A DNA stretch of 64,000 nucleotides from Candidatus Dormiibacterota bacterium (lineage in GTDB: Bacteria; Chloroflexota; Dormibacteria; Aeolococcales; Bog-877). Numbering within the stretch: the first letter of the stretch is position 1; every line of letters starts with the position of its first letter. Shown piece after piece: positions 39,040 through 47,110 of this stretch. Position numbers and translations under genes: made by a program. Location: the NCBI GenBank assembly GCA_027319585.1, contig DAHVMY010000001.1, forward strand, positions 70,192 through 134,191. Reading direction: 5' to 3'. The notes under the pieces were generated by a model. That model worked only from the letters and a program-made list of their open reading frames with translations, searched no databases and was not told the DNA's origin.

Positions 39040-39058
39040 GCGGCCACCTCGTGGCCGC
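39040..39058 (+). terminator. 8-bp hairpin GCGGCCAC-ctc-GTGGCCGC after the hydrolase gene
   Basis: Perfect inverted repeat 28 nt downstream of stop 39012, followed by gttcct. Confidence 0.4.
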
Positions 39059-39179
39059 GTTCCTCCGACTGGCGGAGAGCGTCCGCGCCTCGACCCCGAT
39101 ACAATCACGAGGCTCGGCAGCGCCGCTCGTGGGCGCCTGCCTTGGTTGAGTTGACCAGCGCTGGAGGAGGTGACACCCA

Positions 39180-39362
39180 CTGTCGGAGGTAAAGCTGCGG
39201 GAGGGAGAGTCGTTCGAGAGCGCTCTTCGCCGCTTCAACAAGAAGATCAAGCAGAACGGCATCCTCACCGAGGTGCGGCGCCGGGAGTTCTACGAGAAGC
39301 CCAGCATTCGCCGCAAGAAGAAGACCATGGCGGCCAGGAAGCGGCGGGCCAAGCAGGCCTAG
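39180..39362 (+). CDS. rpsU: 30S ribosomal protein S21 (apparent CTG start; not in the ORF track)
   Basis: Translating from 39180 gives (L/M)[59 protein letters not shown], a typical S21. GGAGGAGG sits at 39163-39170. An in-frame TGA at 39171-39173 excludes any upstream start. Confidence 0.8.
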   Translation: MSEVKLREGESFESALRRFNKKIKQNGILTEVRRREFYEKPSIRRKKKTMAARKRRAKQA

Positions 39363-39376
39363 CCGCGGCGGGCCGG

Positions 39377-39886
39377 GTGGAGGTGAGGCTCTCTCGGGCC
39401 CTCGGCTCAGTCCAGCGCGAGCAGGCGCGCCGGGCGGCCATTCGCCCCCTGCTGGAGGGGGCCCTGCGCGACCTCGGGATCGCAGACCAGCAGGTCTTCT
39501 GTCGGCTCACCACCGCTTTGGAGGTCCAGCGACTGAACCGGCGTTTCGCCGACTCGGACCGCTCGACCGACGTGCTCGCCTTCCCCGCTGCCGACCTGGT
39601 CCCGGGTTCGGGCTTTCAGCTGCCCCCGGACGGGCTCGCCGACTTGGGGGACATCGCGATCGCGGTCCCGGTCGCGCTGGAGCAGGCGGCCGCCGCGGGA
39701 GCGGATCCTGAGGCGGAACTGCGGATGCTGGCCGTGCACGGGCTGTTGCATCTGCTGGGACATGACCATCACGATCCAGAGGAAGCAGAACAGATGACCC
39801 GAGCGACCCGGTGGCTGTTGGCGAGGGATGCGGCCCGCCGCGGGCAAGCGGCGCCCTCAGTGCCAGCATTGCAGCCGAGCGCGTGA
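39377..39886 (+). CDS. ybeY: rRNA maturation endoribonuclease YbeY
   Basis: Zinc motif HGLLHLLGHDH and ..STDVLAFP... The GTG start at 39377 lies just after the rpsU stop. Confidence 0.85.
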   Translation: MEVRLSRALGSVQREQARRAAIRPLLEGALRDLGIADQQVFCRLTTALEVQRLNRRFADSDRSTDVLAFPAADLVPGSGFQLPPDGLADLGDIAIAVPVALEQAAAAGADPEAELRMLAVHGLLHLLGHDHHDPEEAEQMTRATRWLLARDAARRGQAAPSVPALQPSA

Positions 39887-40497
39887 GCGACCACCCGTGG
39901 CTGGTCATAGGGCTGGGGAATCCCGAGCCCGCCCACGCCGGCCAGCGTCACAACGTCGGCTTTGACGTCATCCGGGTTTTGGCCAGCCGGATGGGGATCA
40001 AGCTCGGCCGCGATCGCGGGCCGGCCTTTGTGGCCCGCGCCCGCTGGCAGGGCAACGACCTCTGGCTGGCCGAACCCAGAACCTACATGAACGAGTCCGG
40101 GATCGCGGGCGCTCACCTGACTCGGACCTTGGGGGTGGGATTGGACCGGGTTCTGGTCGTCTATGACGATCTGGACCTGCCGGTGGGTAGGCTTAGGGTG
40201 CGGGCGTCCGGAAGCCCCGGCGGCCACAACGGCATTCGTTCCCTGCAGACCCATTGGCGCTCCAAGGATTTCGCCCGGGTTCGGGTGGGGATCGGGCGGC
40301 CACCGGCTGGAGTCGATGCCATCGACTATGTCCTGGGCCGGCCGCAGGGCGCGGAGCGCGAACTCTTGGAGGACGCGGTCAACCGGGCCGCGGAGGCGGT
40401 TCTGACGGTGGTGGACAGGGGCGTGGAGGAGGCCATGAGCGAGTTCAATCGGGCAGATCGGCCGCTGCCTCCCGCCACCCCGGTGGCCGATGGCTGA
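39883..40497 (+). CDS. pth: Peptidyl-tRNA hydrolase
   Basis: ..WLVIGLGNPEPAHAGQRHNVGF.. and ..GGHNGIRS.. motifs. The GTG start overlaps the ybeY stop (GTGA). Confidence 0.9.
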   Translation: MSDHPWLVIGLGNPEPAHAGQRHNVGFDVIRVLASRMGIKLGRDRGPAFVARARWQGNDLWLAEPRTYMNESGIAGAHLTRTLGVGLDRVLVVYDDLDLPVGRLRVRASGSPGGHNGIRSLQTHWRSKDFARVRVGIGRPPAGVDAIDYVLGRPQGAERELLEDAVNRAAEAVLTVVDRGVEEAMSEFNRADRPLPPATPVADG

Positions 40498-43400
40498 GCG
40501 CGCCGACGCGAGCCGCGCGCGTCCCGAGACCTTGCTCCAGCGGCTGGGAGACCTGCCGATCGGGGCCGCTCTCAGGGCTTGGGACAGAGGTGGAGTCCCA
40601 AGGGCGCAGATCGGGGGAGTCAGCCATGCTGGAACCGCCCTCCTGGGCATGCTCACCCAGCACCTGCTGGGGCGGCCCGTCTGCCTGATCGTCGCGGAGC
40701 CGGAGGCCGTATTCGAGGAGATCGACACCTGGTCGGGGGACACCTTGTCGACCAGCCTGTTCCCCGCCTCCGACACCTTGCCCTTCGACCGGGTGGCGCC
40801 CTCCGCCGCCGTGACGAGGCATCGCCTGGAGACCCTGCGAGTTCTGCGTGGGGAAGCCCCGGCGCTGGTGGTCACCTCCGCCGAGGCGGTGCTGCGGCCA
40901 ACGCTGTCGCGCCAGTGGATGGGCAGCTGGCTGAGTGAACTGAGGCCGGGATCGGACATCCCCCTGCGCCAGCTGGCCGAGTTGCTGCTCGCCTCCGGAT
41001 ATCGGCAGGAGCCGATCGCCGCCCAGGCTGGCGACTTCGCCCGCCGGGGAGGGATCCTGGACTGCTTTCCCCTGGACAACCGGCCCTGGAGGGCAGAGTG
41101 GGAGGGGGAGAAGATCGCCGGCCTGTGGCGCCTCGATCCCGAGACCCAGGGGTCGCGGGCGAAGTTGGATCGGGTGGCGCTGATGCCTGCGCGCGAATTC
41201 GCCCTTGATCTACAGTCGCTCGAGTTCGCGGCCGGCACCATCCGAGGCTGGCGGCTGGAGGCGCTCCGCCAGGACGTGCGCGAACGGTGGGAGGCGGATC
41301 TCGATCTCATCGCCTCCGGTGGCCTGCCCGACCCAGTGGATGCGCTCGGACCACTGCTGGTCGAGCGGGCCGAGACGCTGTTCGCCCATCTCCCGCCGGA
41401 GACCATCTTCCTGACCGAGGACTGGGCTCGCCTTAAGCGCCAGGCCGAGGGGTGGGTCGAAGAGGTGGAGCAGATCCGCGTGGCCGAGGTGGATCGGGGC
41501 GAGCTGCCTCGGGAGATCCCGTCCGGCGTGGTCCCGCTCCAGGACCTCCGGAGGCGGCTGGAGTCCTCAGCATGGCTGGATCTGCGCCGGGAGGTGGGCG
41601 ACGGCTGGTTGCTGGACGATGTCGGGATCTCGGCGGCGCCGACCTTCGCTGGTGACATGGATGAGTTCACTCGGTGGGCCAGAGAGCGCCTCGGCTCCGG
41701 CGCTTCGGTGGTGGCCCTCAGCCTGCAGGAGCAGCGCCTTGGCGAGCTGGCCGACGAACGGGGGGTGGTCCCGATCTCAGCCGAGCGGTTCTCCGCCGGC
41801 GACACCCCGATCCCCTCCGGGGCACTGTTGATAGGCCCAGGCGACCTGCGCACCGGGATAGCCTTGGACGCCGCGGGGGTCACGGTCCTGGCCGACGCGG
41901 ACCTGTTCGGCGCGCAGAAGCGGCGGATCTCGGCGCTGCTGCGCTCGACTCACCGCGCCGAATCCAGTTCCTCCGGACGGCTGCGGCATGCCTCGGGGGG
42001 ACCCAGCGACCTCTCAGCGTTTCGTCTGAAGCTGGAGCCTGGGGATGTGGTGGTCCACCGGGACCACGGTCTGGGCCGCTTCGTCGGGATGCGCCGGGTG
42101 AGCGATGGCGAGGGCGAGCGCGAGTACATGCAGCTTGAGTACGCGGAGGGCAGCAAGCTGTACGTGCCCGCCGAGCACCTCGATCGCGTGGAGCGCTACG
42201 TGGGGGGAGCCGACTCCCAGCCGGCGCTCTCGAAACTGGGGTCGGGCGACTGGGAACGCACCCGGAGGTCGGTGCGGCGGCGGATCGACGAGATCGCCGA
42301 GGACCTGGTGCGGCTCTATGCCCAGCGCCAGCAGGCTCTGGGCCACGCGTTCCCCGGCGACTCGCACTGGCAGCAGGAGCTGGAAGCCTCCTTCCCGTAC
42401 CAGGAGACCAGGGATCAGCTGATGGTCCTGGATGACATCAAGCGGGACATGGAGTCAGACCGGCCCATGGATCGGCTGCTGTGCGGGGACGTGGGCTTCG
42501 GCAAGACCGAGATCGCGCTGCGGGCCGCCTTCAAGGCGGTCGAGGGTGGGTTGCAGGTGGCCGTGCTGGTGCCCACGACGGTCCTGGCCCAGCAGCACTT
42601 TCTCACCTTCCAGGACCGGTTGCGGGCGTTCCCGGTCAGGGTCGAGCAGCTGTCGCGGCTGCGCAGCCCCGACGAGGCCAAGGCGGTGATGGCGGAGCTG
42701 GCGGCCGGTACGGTGGACATCGTGATCGGCACCCACCGGCTGCTGCAGCGGGACGTCAAATTCAAGCGCCTCGGACTGGTGGTCCTCGATGAGGAGCAGC
42801 GGTTCGGGGTACGCCAGAAGGAGCGCCTCAAGCAGCTGCGCACCTCGGTGGACATCCTCTCGCTCTCGGCCACCCCGATCCCCAGAACCCTGCACATGGC
42901 GCTGGCCGGCATCCGCGATCTCTCCGTCATCCGGACCCCGCCTGAGGGCCGCCTGCCGATCCGTACCTATGTGACCGCCAAGGAGGACTCGCTGATCCAG
43001 GATGTCATCCGCCGGGAGCTGTCCCGCCGGGGCCAGGTGTACTACGTCCACAACCGGGTCCACAGCATGCTGAAGGAAATGGACCTGCTGCGCCGGTTAG
43101 TCCCGGAGGCGAGGCTGGCCATGGCCCATGGGCAGATGGACGAGCGGGAGCTGGCCAGGGTGATGGTGGAGTTCGCCAACGGCGAGGTCGATGTGCTCTG
43201 CTGCACCACCATCATCGAGAACGGGCTCGACATCCCCAACGCCAACACCCTGATCGTCGACGACGCTTCCCGCCTCGGCCTGGCCCAGCTCTACCAGCTG
43301 CGCGGCCGGGTCGGACGGTCCGGCCAGCGAGCCTACGCCTACTTCCTGTACGACCCGAGCCGGTCCCTGACCGAGCAGGCGGACAAGCGCCTGGATGTGG

Positions 43401-44050
43401 TGGCGGACCTTCAGGACCTGGGCTCCGGCTTCGCGCTGGCGCTCAAGGACCTCGAGATTCGGGGCGCGGGCAACGTTCTGGGCGAGGCTCAGCACGGCGA
43501 CATCGCCGCTGTGGGTATGGAGATGTACAACCATCTGCTGCGCCAGGCCGTGCTCGAGGTGCAGGGGCAGCAGCTGGTGGAGTCGCCCGCCCAGGTCGCC
43601 ATCTCCCTGCCGCTGCGAAGTCTGCTCCCCACTGGTTACATCCCGGACGAGCGGCTCCGTCTGCGGGTCTACCAGCAGTTGGCGGCGGCGACGAGTGAGG
43701 CGGAGCTGGATGAGACCGCGCGCAATCTCCGTCAGCGCTTCGGGCCCCGGCCTCCCGAGGTGGAGAATCTCCTGATCGGCCTTAGGGTCAGGCTGCTGGC
43801 GGCTGAGGCCGGCGCGGTGGCGGTCGAGAGTGACGGACACCTCCTCACGGTTCGCTTCGAGCCCGGGCACGGTCTGCCGCTGTCCGAGCTGGCGGCAGGG
43901 TTGCCCAAGGTGGTTTCGGCGGGCGCGAACCGGTTGCGGTTCGACACCCGGGCCGCGGGCTCCAGCTGGCCGGATCTGCTGGTCGGGCTGCTGCGCCGAC
44001 TCGGAGTGGCGCGCCACGCCTCCACCCGCGCGCCGGTGGAGGTGGCGTGA
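40490..44050 (+). CDS. mfd: Transcription-repair coupling factor Mfd
   Basis: 1186 aa with CarD-like segment ..GDVVVHRDHGLGRF.., helicase motif I DVGFGKTE, DEEQRFG, ..GQVYYVHNRV.., and the TRG motif region. Confidence 0.95.
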   Translation: MAERADASRARPETLLQRLGDLPIGAALRAWDRGGVPRAQIGGVSHAGTALLGMLTQHLLGRPVCLIVAEPEAVFEEIDTWSGDTLSTSLFPASDTLPFDRVAPSAAVTRHRLETLRVLRGEAPALVVTSAEAVLRPTLSRQWMGSWLSELRPGSDIPLRQLAELLLASGYRQEPIAAQAGDFARRGGILDCFPLDNRPWRAEWEGEKIAGLWRLDPETQGSRAKLDRVALMPAREFALDLQSLEFAAGTIRGWRLEALRQDVRERWEADLDLIASGGLPDPVDALGPLLVERAETLFAHLPPETIFLTEDWARLKRQAEGWVEEVEQIRVAEVDRGELPREIPSGVVPLQDLRRRLESSAWLDLRREVGDGWLLDDVGISAAPTFAGDMDEFTRWARERLGSGASVVALSLQEQRLGELADERGVVPISAERFSAGDTPIPSGALLIGPGDLRTGIALDAAGVTVLADADLFGAQKRRISALLRSTHRAESSSSGRLRHASGGPSDLSAFRLKLEPGDVVVHRDHGLGRFVGMRRVSDGEGEREYMQLEYAEGSKLYVPAEHLDRVERYVGGADSQPALSKLGSGDWERTRRSVRRRIDEIAEDLVRLYAQRQQALGHAFPGDSHWQQELEASFPYQETRDQLMVLDDIKRDMESDRPMDRLLCGDVGFGKTEIALRAAFKAVEGGLQVAVLVPTTVLAQQHFLTFQDRLRAFPVRVEQLSRLRSPDEAKAVMAELAAGTVDIVIGTHRLLQRDVKFKRLGLVVLDEEQRFGVRQKERLKQLRTSVDILSLSATPIPRTLHMALAGIRDLSVIRTPPEGRLPIRTYVTAKEDSLIQDVIRRELSRRGQVYYVHNRVHSMLKEMDLLRRLVPEARLAMAHGQMDERELARVMVEFANGEVDVLCCTTIIENGLDIPNANTLIVDDASRLGLAQLYQLRGRVGRSGQRAYAYFLYDPSRSLTEQADKRLDVVADLQDLGSGFALALKDLEIRGAGNVLGEAQHGDIAAVGMEMYNHLLRQAVLEVQGQQLVESPAQVAISLPLRSLLPTGYIPDERLRLRVYQQLAAATSEAELDETARNLRQRFGPRPPEVENLLIGLRVRLLAAEAGAVAVESDGHLLTVRFEPGHGLPLSELAAGLPKVVSAGANRLRFDTRAAGSSWPDLLVGLLRRLGVARHASTRAPVEVA

Positions 44051-44754
44051 GCGCACGGGGGGCGGACGAGGTCGCCGAGCTGTTCCGGGTGATGGCGCAG
44101 CTGCGCGCCCCCACAGGCTGTCCGTGGGATCGGCAGCAGACCCACCGCAGCCTTCTGCCCTACCTGCTGGAGGAGACGTACGAGCTGATCGAGGCGGTGG
44201 AGTGCGGAGAGGACGCAGAGATCGCCGAGGAGCTGGGTGACCTGCTGGTGGAGGTGGCCATGCACACCGCGATAGCCGAAGATCGCGGCGCGTTCGGGAT
44301 CGAGGATGTGGCCGCCGGCGCCACCAGGAAGATGGTCGCCCGGCACCCCCATGTCTTCGGCGACGCCAAAGCCGACAGCCACGAGCAGCTGCTGGCCAAC
44401 TGGGACTCGGCCAAGCGCAGCGAGAAGCCGGAGCGGATGTCGGCGCTCGACGGCATCCCGAAGGCGCTGCCGGCGCTGGCTTTGGCCGCCTCGGTGCAGC
44501 GCCGGGCGGCGCGGGGCCGGGTTCCCCGGGGGCAGGACGCCGACCTCCTCGATCAGGCGGCGAAGCTCCTGCGCGAGCTGGACGCCGCCGATGCCCAGGG
44601 CGCCGAGCGCCTGGTGGGGCAGCTCCTCTTCCTGGTGGTGGAGCTTGCCAGCGAGCGGGGAGTCGACTCGGAAGGTGCCCTGCGCCGGGCCACGCGCAAA
44701 TGGAGCTCCGAATACCGTAGCCGGGAACGACTGGAGCCAGGCGGCGCGCGGTAG
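44047..44754 (+). CDS. mazG: Nucleoside triphosphate pyrophosphohydrolase MazG
   Basis: ..LRAPTGCPWDRQQTHRSLLPYLLEETYELIEAVE.. and ..EELGDLL.. are the MazG EExxE/D motifs. The ATG is embedded in the GTGA overlap with the mfd stop. Confidence 0.85.
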   Translation: MSARGADEVAELFRVMAQLRAPTGCPWDRQQTHRSLLPYLLEETYELIEAVECGEDAEIAEELGDLLVEVAMHTAIAEDRGAFGIEDVAAGATRKMVARHPHVFGDAKADSHEQLLANWDSAKRSEKPERMSALDGIPKALPALALAASVQRRAARGRVPRGQDADLLDQAAKLLRELDAADAQGAERLVGQLLFLVVELASERGVDSEGALRRATRKWSSEYRSRERLEPGGAR

Positions 44755-44987
44755 CGGTTCGGGCGCAATCCCCACAGGGGTGCTCGAGCGGGATATACTG
44801 CACCGAAATCACTGGCCCCGATGGCCGGTCGCAGTCCCGATCCAGCTCTCACCCCACGTCCAAGCAGATTCCCGCCACCAGCGACCTTGACGACTGGAGC
44901 GCCCTCCGGGAACTCCGGATCCGTTGGATTCTGTTTCGGCGAGCGCATAACCCGGAGCCGTGGCATCTGCTGGTCCTGGGCGCGGCG

Positions 44988-45311
44988 TTGCTGGCGTGCT
45001 GGATCGCGGTGGCCGCATATTCCAGCTATCGCAGCGATCAGGCACTGCGGGCGCAGCTGACCCAGCTGGGGGCTCAGACCAGCTCGCTGGCCGGACAGGT
45101 GCAGGCGCAGCGTCGCGAGGTCGCCTACGCGGGGACTCCCGCCTGGCAGGCCGAGCTTGCCCGCGCCGACGGACTGGGGGCACAGGGCGAGCAGACCTAC
45201 GTGATCGAGACGCCGGCGCAGGCTGCGGGCCCTGGGCCTGTGGAGCAGGCCGCGGCGCAGCTCGGCAGCGCGGTGAACCAGATCTCCCAGGGGGTGGCGG
45301 AGCTCGGCTGA
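44988..45311 (+). CDS. Putative septum-formation initiator (FtsB/DivIC-like) small bitopic protein; start uncertain
   Basis: One hydrophobic helix followed by a Gln/Ala-rich coiled-coil (..LRAQLTQLGAQTSSLAGQVQAQRREV..), and a position after mfd-mazG as in Bacillus (divIC). The helix continues upstream of the TTG at 44988 (..WHLLVLGAALLACWIAV..) with no canonical start codon there. Confidence 0.4.
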   Translation: MLACWIAVAAYSSYRSDQALRAQLTQLGAQTSSLAGQVQAQRREVAYAGTPAWQAELARADGLGAQGEQTYVIETPAQAAGPGPVEQAAAQLGSAVNQISQGVAELG

Positions 45312-45368
45312 CGTCACGGGCGCGGTCGCCCACGTAGCCCTGGCCTGCGTTGTAACGTTCACCCCTGC

Positions 45369-46562
45369 GTGCGACCTTCCAAGGCCATCGGGCCCCTCGC
45401 CATCCTGGTAGCGCTGCTGGTCAGCAGCTGCGGAGCCGCTGCCGGTCATGCGGGATCGAGTTCGACCTCCGCCGCAGCCGGACATTCAAACGCCCCCCCT
45501 TACCCGGGCGGCACCGTCAGCGGCTTCCAGGCGGTGGACCTCACCTGGAGCAGCACCGAGCAGGGATGGGCCCTGGGGACCGCGGCCGGCTGTGCCGGAC
45601 AGCGCTGTGCCACAGTTCTGGAGACCACCGACGGAGGCCGGAGCTGGACGACCGTGGCCGATCTGCATGACTGCTTGCTGGAGGCGGCGCCGGTGGGATG
45701 CCCGGCCGGAGTCCCCCAGGTGAGCCAGCTCCGCTTTGCGACCCCCGACATCGGCTATGCCTACGCGTCCGACGGTGGACCTTTCTCCATGACCACGAAC
45801 GGCGGGCTGTCGTGGCATGTCCAGCCCGGACGCGAGGCCAGCGCCATCAAGGTCGCCTACGGGACGGCGGTCAGGGTGAGCTTCTCCCGCTCTGGATGTC
45901 CCGGACCCTGCGACTGGTCGATTGACGAGGCGCCTTTGGGTCAGACCACCTGGCAGACGCTGTACACGCCTCCCCGAGGTTTCAACCATGGGCAGGTGGA
46001 CCTGTTGCGGCAGGGGCCCCGGGACATCTACGCCGCCTTCCTGGGCAACCTCGCCGGCGGTGCGGCCGGGGGCCAGGCAGCGCAGCTGGTGGTCTCCTCG
46101 GACGCGGGAACCTCCTGGACGGCGCTTCCGGACCCCTGCGCGGCTGACCACCCGGGCTACGGGACACGTGCCCTGGCAGCCGCCCCCGGGGGGGTGCTGA
46201 TCGCGCTCTGTGAGGATGCGGCCGGATCCCGGGCGGGGGTGGCGGTCTCCACCGATGCGGGCAGGAGCTTCGGGGGAATTGAGTTCCTACCGAAGCCGCG
46301 GTCAGGCATGTACACCGAGATAGCTGCCGCCAGCTCGCACCTGCTGCTGGTCGCGGTGCCCGGGACGGAGCTGGTCCAATCCACCGACGGTGGCCACCAC
46401 TGGGTGGTGGTGGTGCGGCTGAGGACGCAGCCTTCGCCCTCGACCCCGACCTCGACCTTCCTAGGCTTCGAAAGCCCGACGGTGGGACGCTGGATTGGGC
46501 CGCCGGACACCCTGTGGACCACGACCGACGCCGGCCTGACCTGGACTTCCCGTCGCTTCTGA
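45369..46562 (+). CDS. Lipoprotein with six BNR/Asp-box repeats (Ycf48/sialidase-like beta-propeller)
   Basis: Lipobox LLVSSC after a signal peptide. Repeated S/T-x-D-x-G-x-(S/T)-W boxes: TTDGGRSWT, TTNGGLSWH, SSDAGTSWT, STDAGRSFG, STDGGHHWV, TTDAGLTWT. Confidence 0.65.
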   Translation: MRPSKAIGPLAILVALLVSSCGAAAGHAGSSSTSAAAGHSNAPPYPGGTVSGFQAVDLTWSSTEQGWALGTAAGCAGQRCATVLETTDGGRSWTTVADLHDCLLEAAPVGCPAGVPQVSQLRFATPDIGYAYASDGGPFSMTTNGGLSWHVQPGREASAIKVAYGTAVRVSFSRSGCPGPCDWSIDEAPLGQTTWQTLYTPPRGFNHGQVDLLRQGPRDIYAAFLGNLAGGAAGGQAAQLVVSSDAGTSWTALPDPCAADHPGYGTRALAAAPGGVLIALCEDAAGSRAGVAVSTDAGRSFGGIEFLPKPRSGMYTEIAAASSHLLLVAVPGTELVQSTDGGHHWVVVVRLRTQPSPSTPTSTFLGFESPTVGRWIGPPDTLWTTTDAGLTWTSRRF

Positions 46563-46784
46563 CCCCGCCACCCGGCTGGTTATGACTCTCGTCTCCATGT
46601 CCCCGGATCATCCCAGCGGAGCACTCGCCACCCAGGTCGCGGCGACCACGACCCGGCCGAGCGGATGCTCCCGGCAGACCGGGGCGCGGTGCCAGCCCCT
46701 GGTCTCCCGGCAAGGGCGCCGGGTGGGGGCTGCCACGGAACCAGCCAGCGGCCACTCAGAGCGCACCTGAGGCGTAGGACGCGG

Positions 46785-46857
46785 TGGCGGTACCTGGATT
46801 CGAACCAGGGACAACTCGGTTATGAGCCGAGCGCTCTAACCCCTGAGCTATACCGCC
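46785..46857 (-). tRNA. tRNA-Met (anticodon CAT; elongator type, or possibly tRNA-Ile2); CCA not encoded
   Basis: Hand-folded from the reverse complement: GGCGGTA TA GCTC AGGGGTTA GAGC G CTCGG CTCATAA CCGAG TTGTC CCTGG TTCGAAT CCAGG TACCGCC A. All four stems are Watson-Crick paired. Confidence 0.85.
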
Positions 46858-46886
46858 TGATGCCCGCGGCGCTCAGTCGGGGAGCG

Positions 46887-46958
46887 TTGCGGCGCCAAGA
46901 TTCGAACTTGGGACCTTCGGGTTATGAGCCCGACGAGCTGCCACTGCTCCACGCCGCT
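46887..46958 (-). tRNA. Initiator tRNA-fMet (anticodon CAT); CCA not encoded
   Basis: Hand-folded: AGCGGCG TG GAGC AGTGGCA GCTC G TCGGG CTCATAA CCCGA AGGTC CCAAG TTCGAAT CTTGG CGCCGCA A. It has three G-C pairs closing the anticodon stem and an unpaired 1:72 position (A.A), both initiator hallmarks. Confidence 0.8.
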
Positions 46959-47097
46959 CAGGGATTGTAACCGAAGCCGCCGCGGTCGTCAAAGGTGAGC
47001 GTGCCCCGGTCTTTGGTGTGGCCGCTCAGGATGCGGCGAAGGCCACCACCACCCTCCCAGCCGCGATCTCGTTGGGGAGCCCCGAGGCCGGGGCGGA

Positions 47098-47103
47098 TAG
47101 AAT
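47098..47103 (+). promoter_or_regulatory. Candidate -10 hexamer TAGAAT, 7 nt upstream of the ftsH ATG (leaderless-type arrangement)
   Basis: TAGAAT at 47098-47103, ATG at 47111, and no SD in between. Confidence 0.4.
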
Positions 47104-47110
47104 CTGAGCG

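Noticed and set aside
39769-41883. The 704-aa minus-strand ORF across ybeY, pth and mfd. Similar long antisense ORFs were also considered: 24844..26838, 43097..44812, 46958..48829, 32822..34492, 49093..50256 and 57285..58751.
   Set aside because: All lie opposite strongly conserved genes (ChlD-like, mfd/mazG, ftsH, hrcA/grpE, rpsA, cysS). All have Ser/Arg/Pro/Gly-rich, motif-free translations. They are artefacts of high GC.
46563-46784. A possible small RNA (SRP/4.5S, 6S) or terminator downstream of the tRNA(CAT) pair. The region contains an imperfect hairpin at 46676-46705.
   Set aside because: No SRP, tmRNA or RNase P signature motifs were recognised. The hairpin has a bulge and an 11-nt loop and lies about 80 nt from the tRNA end. 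The evidence is insufficient.
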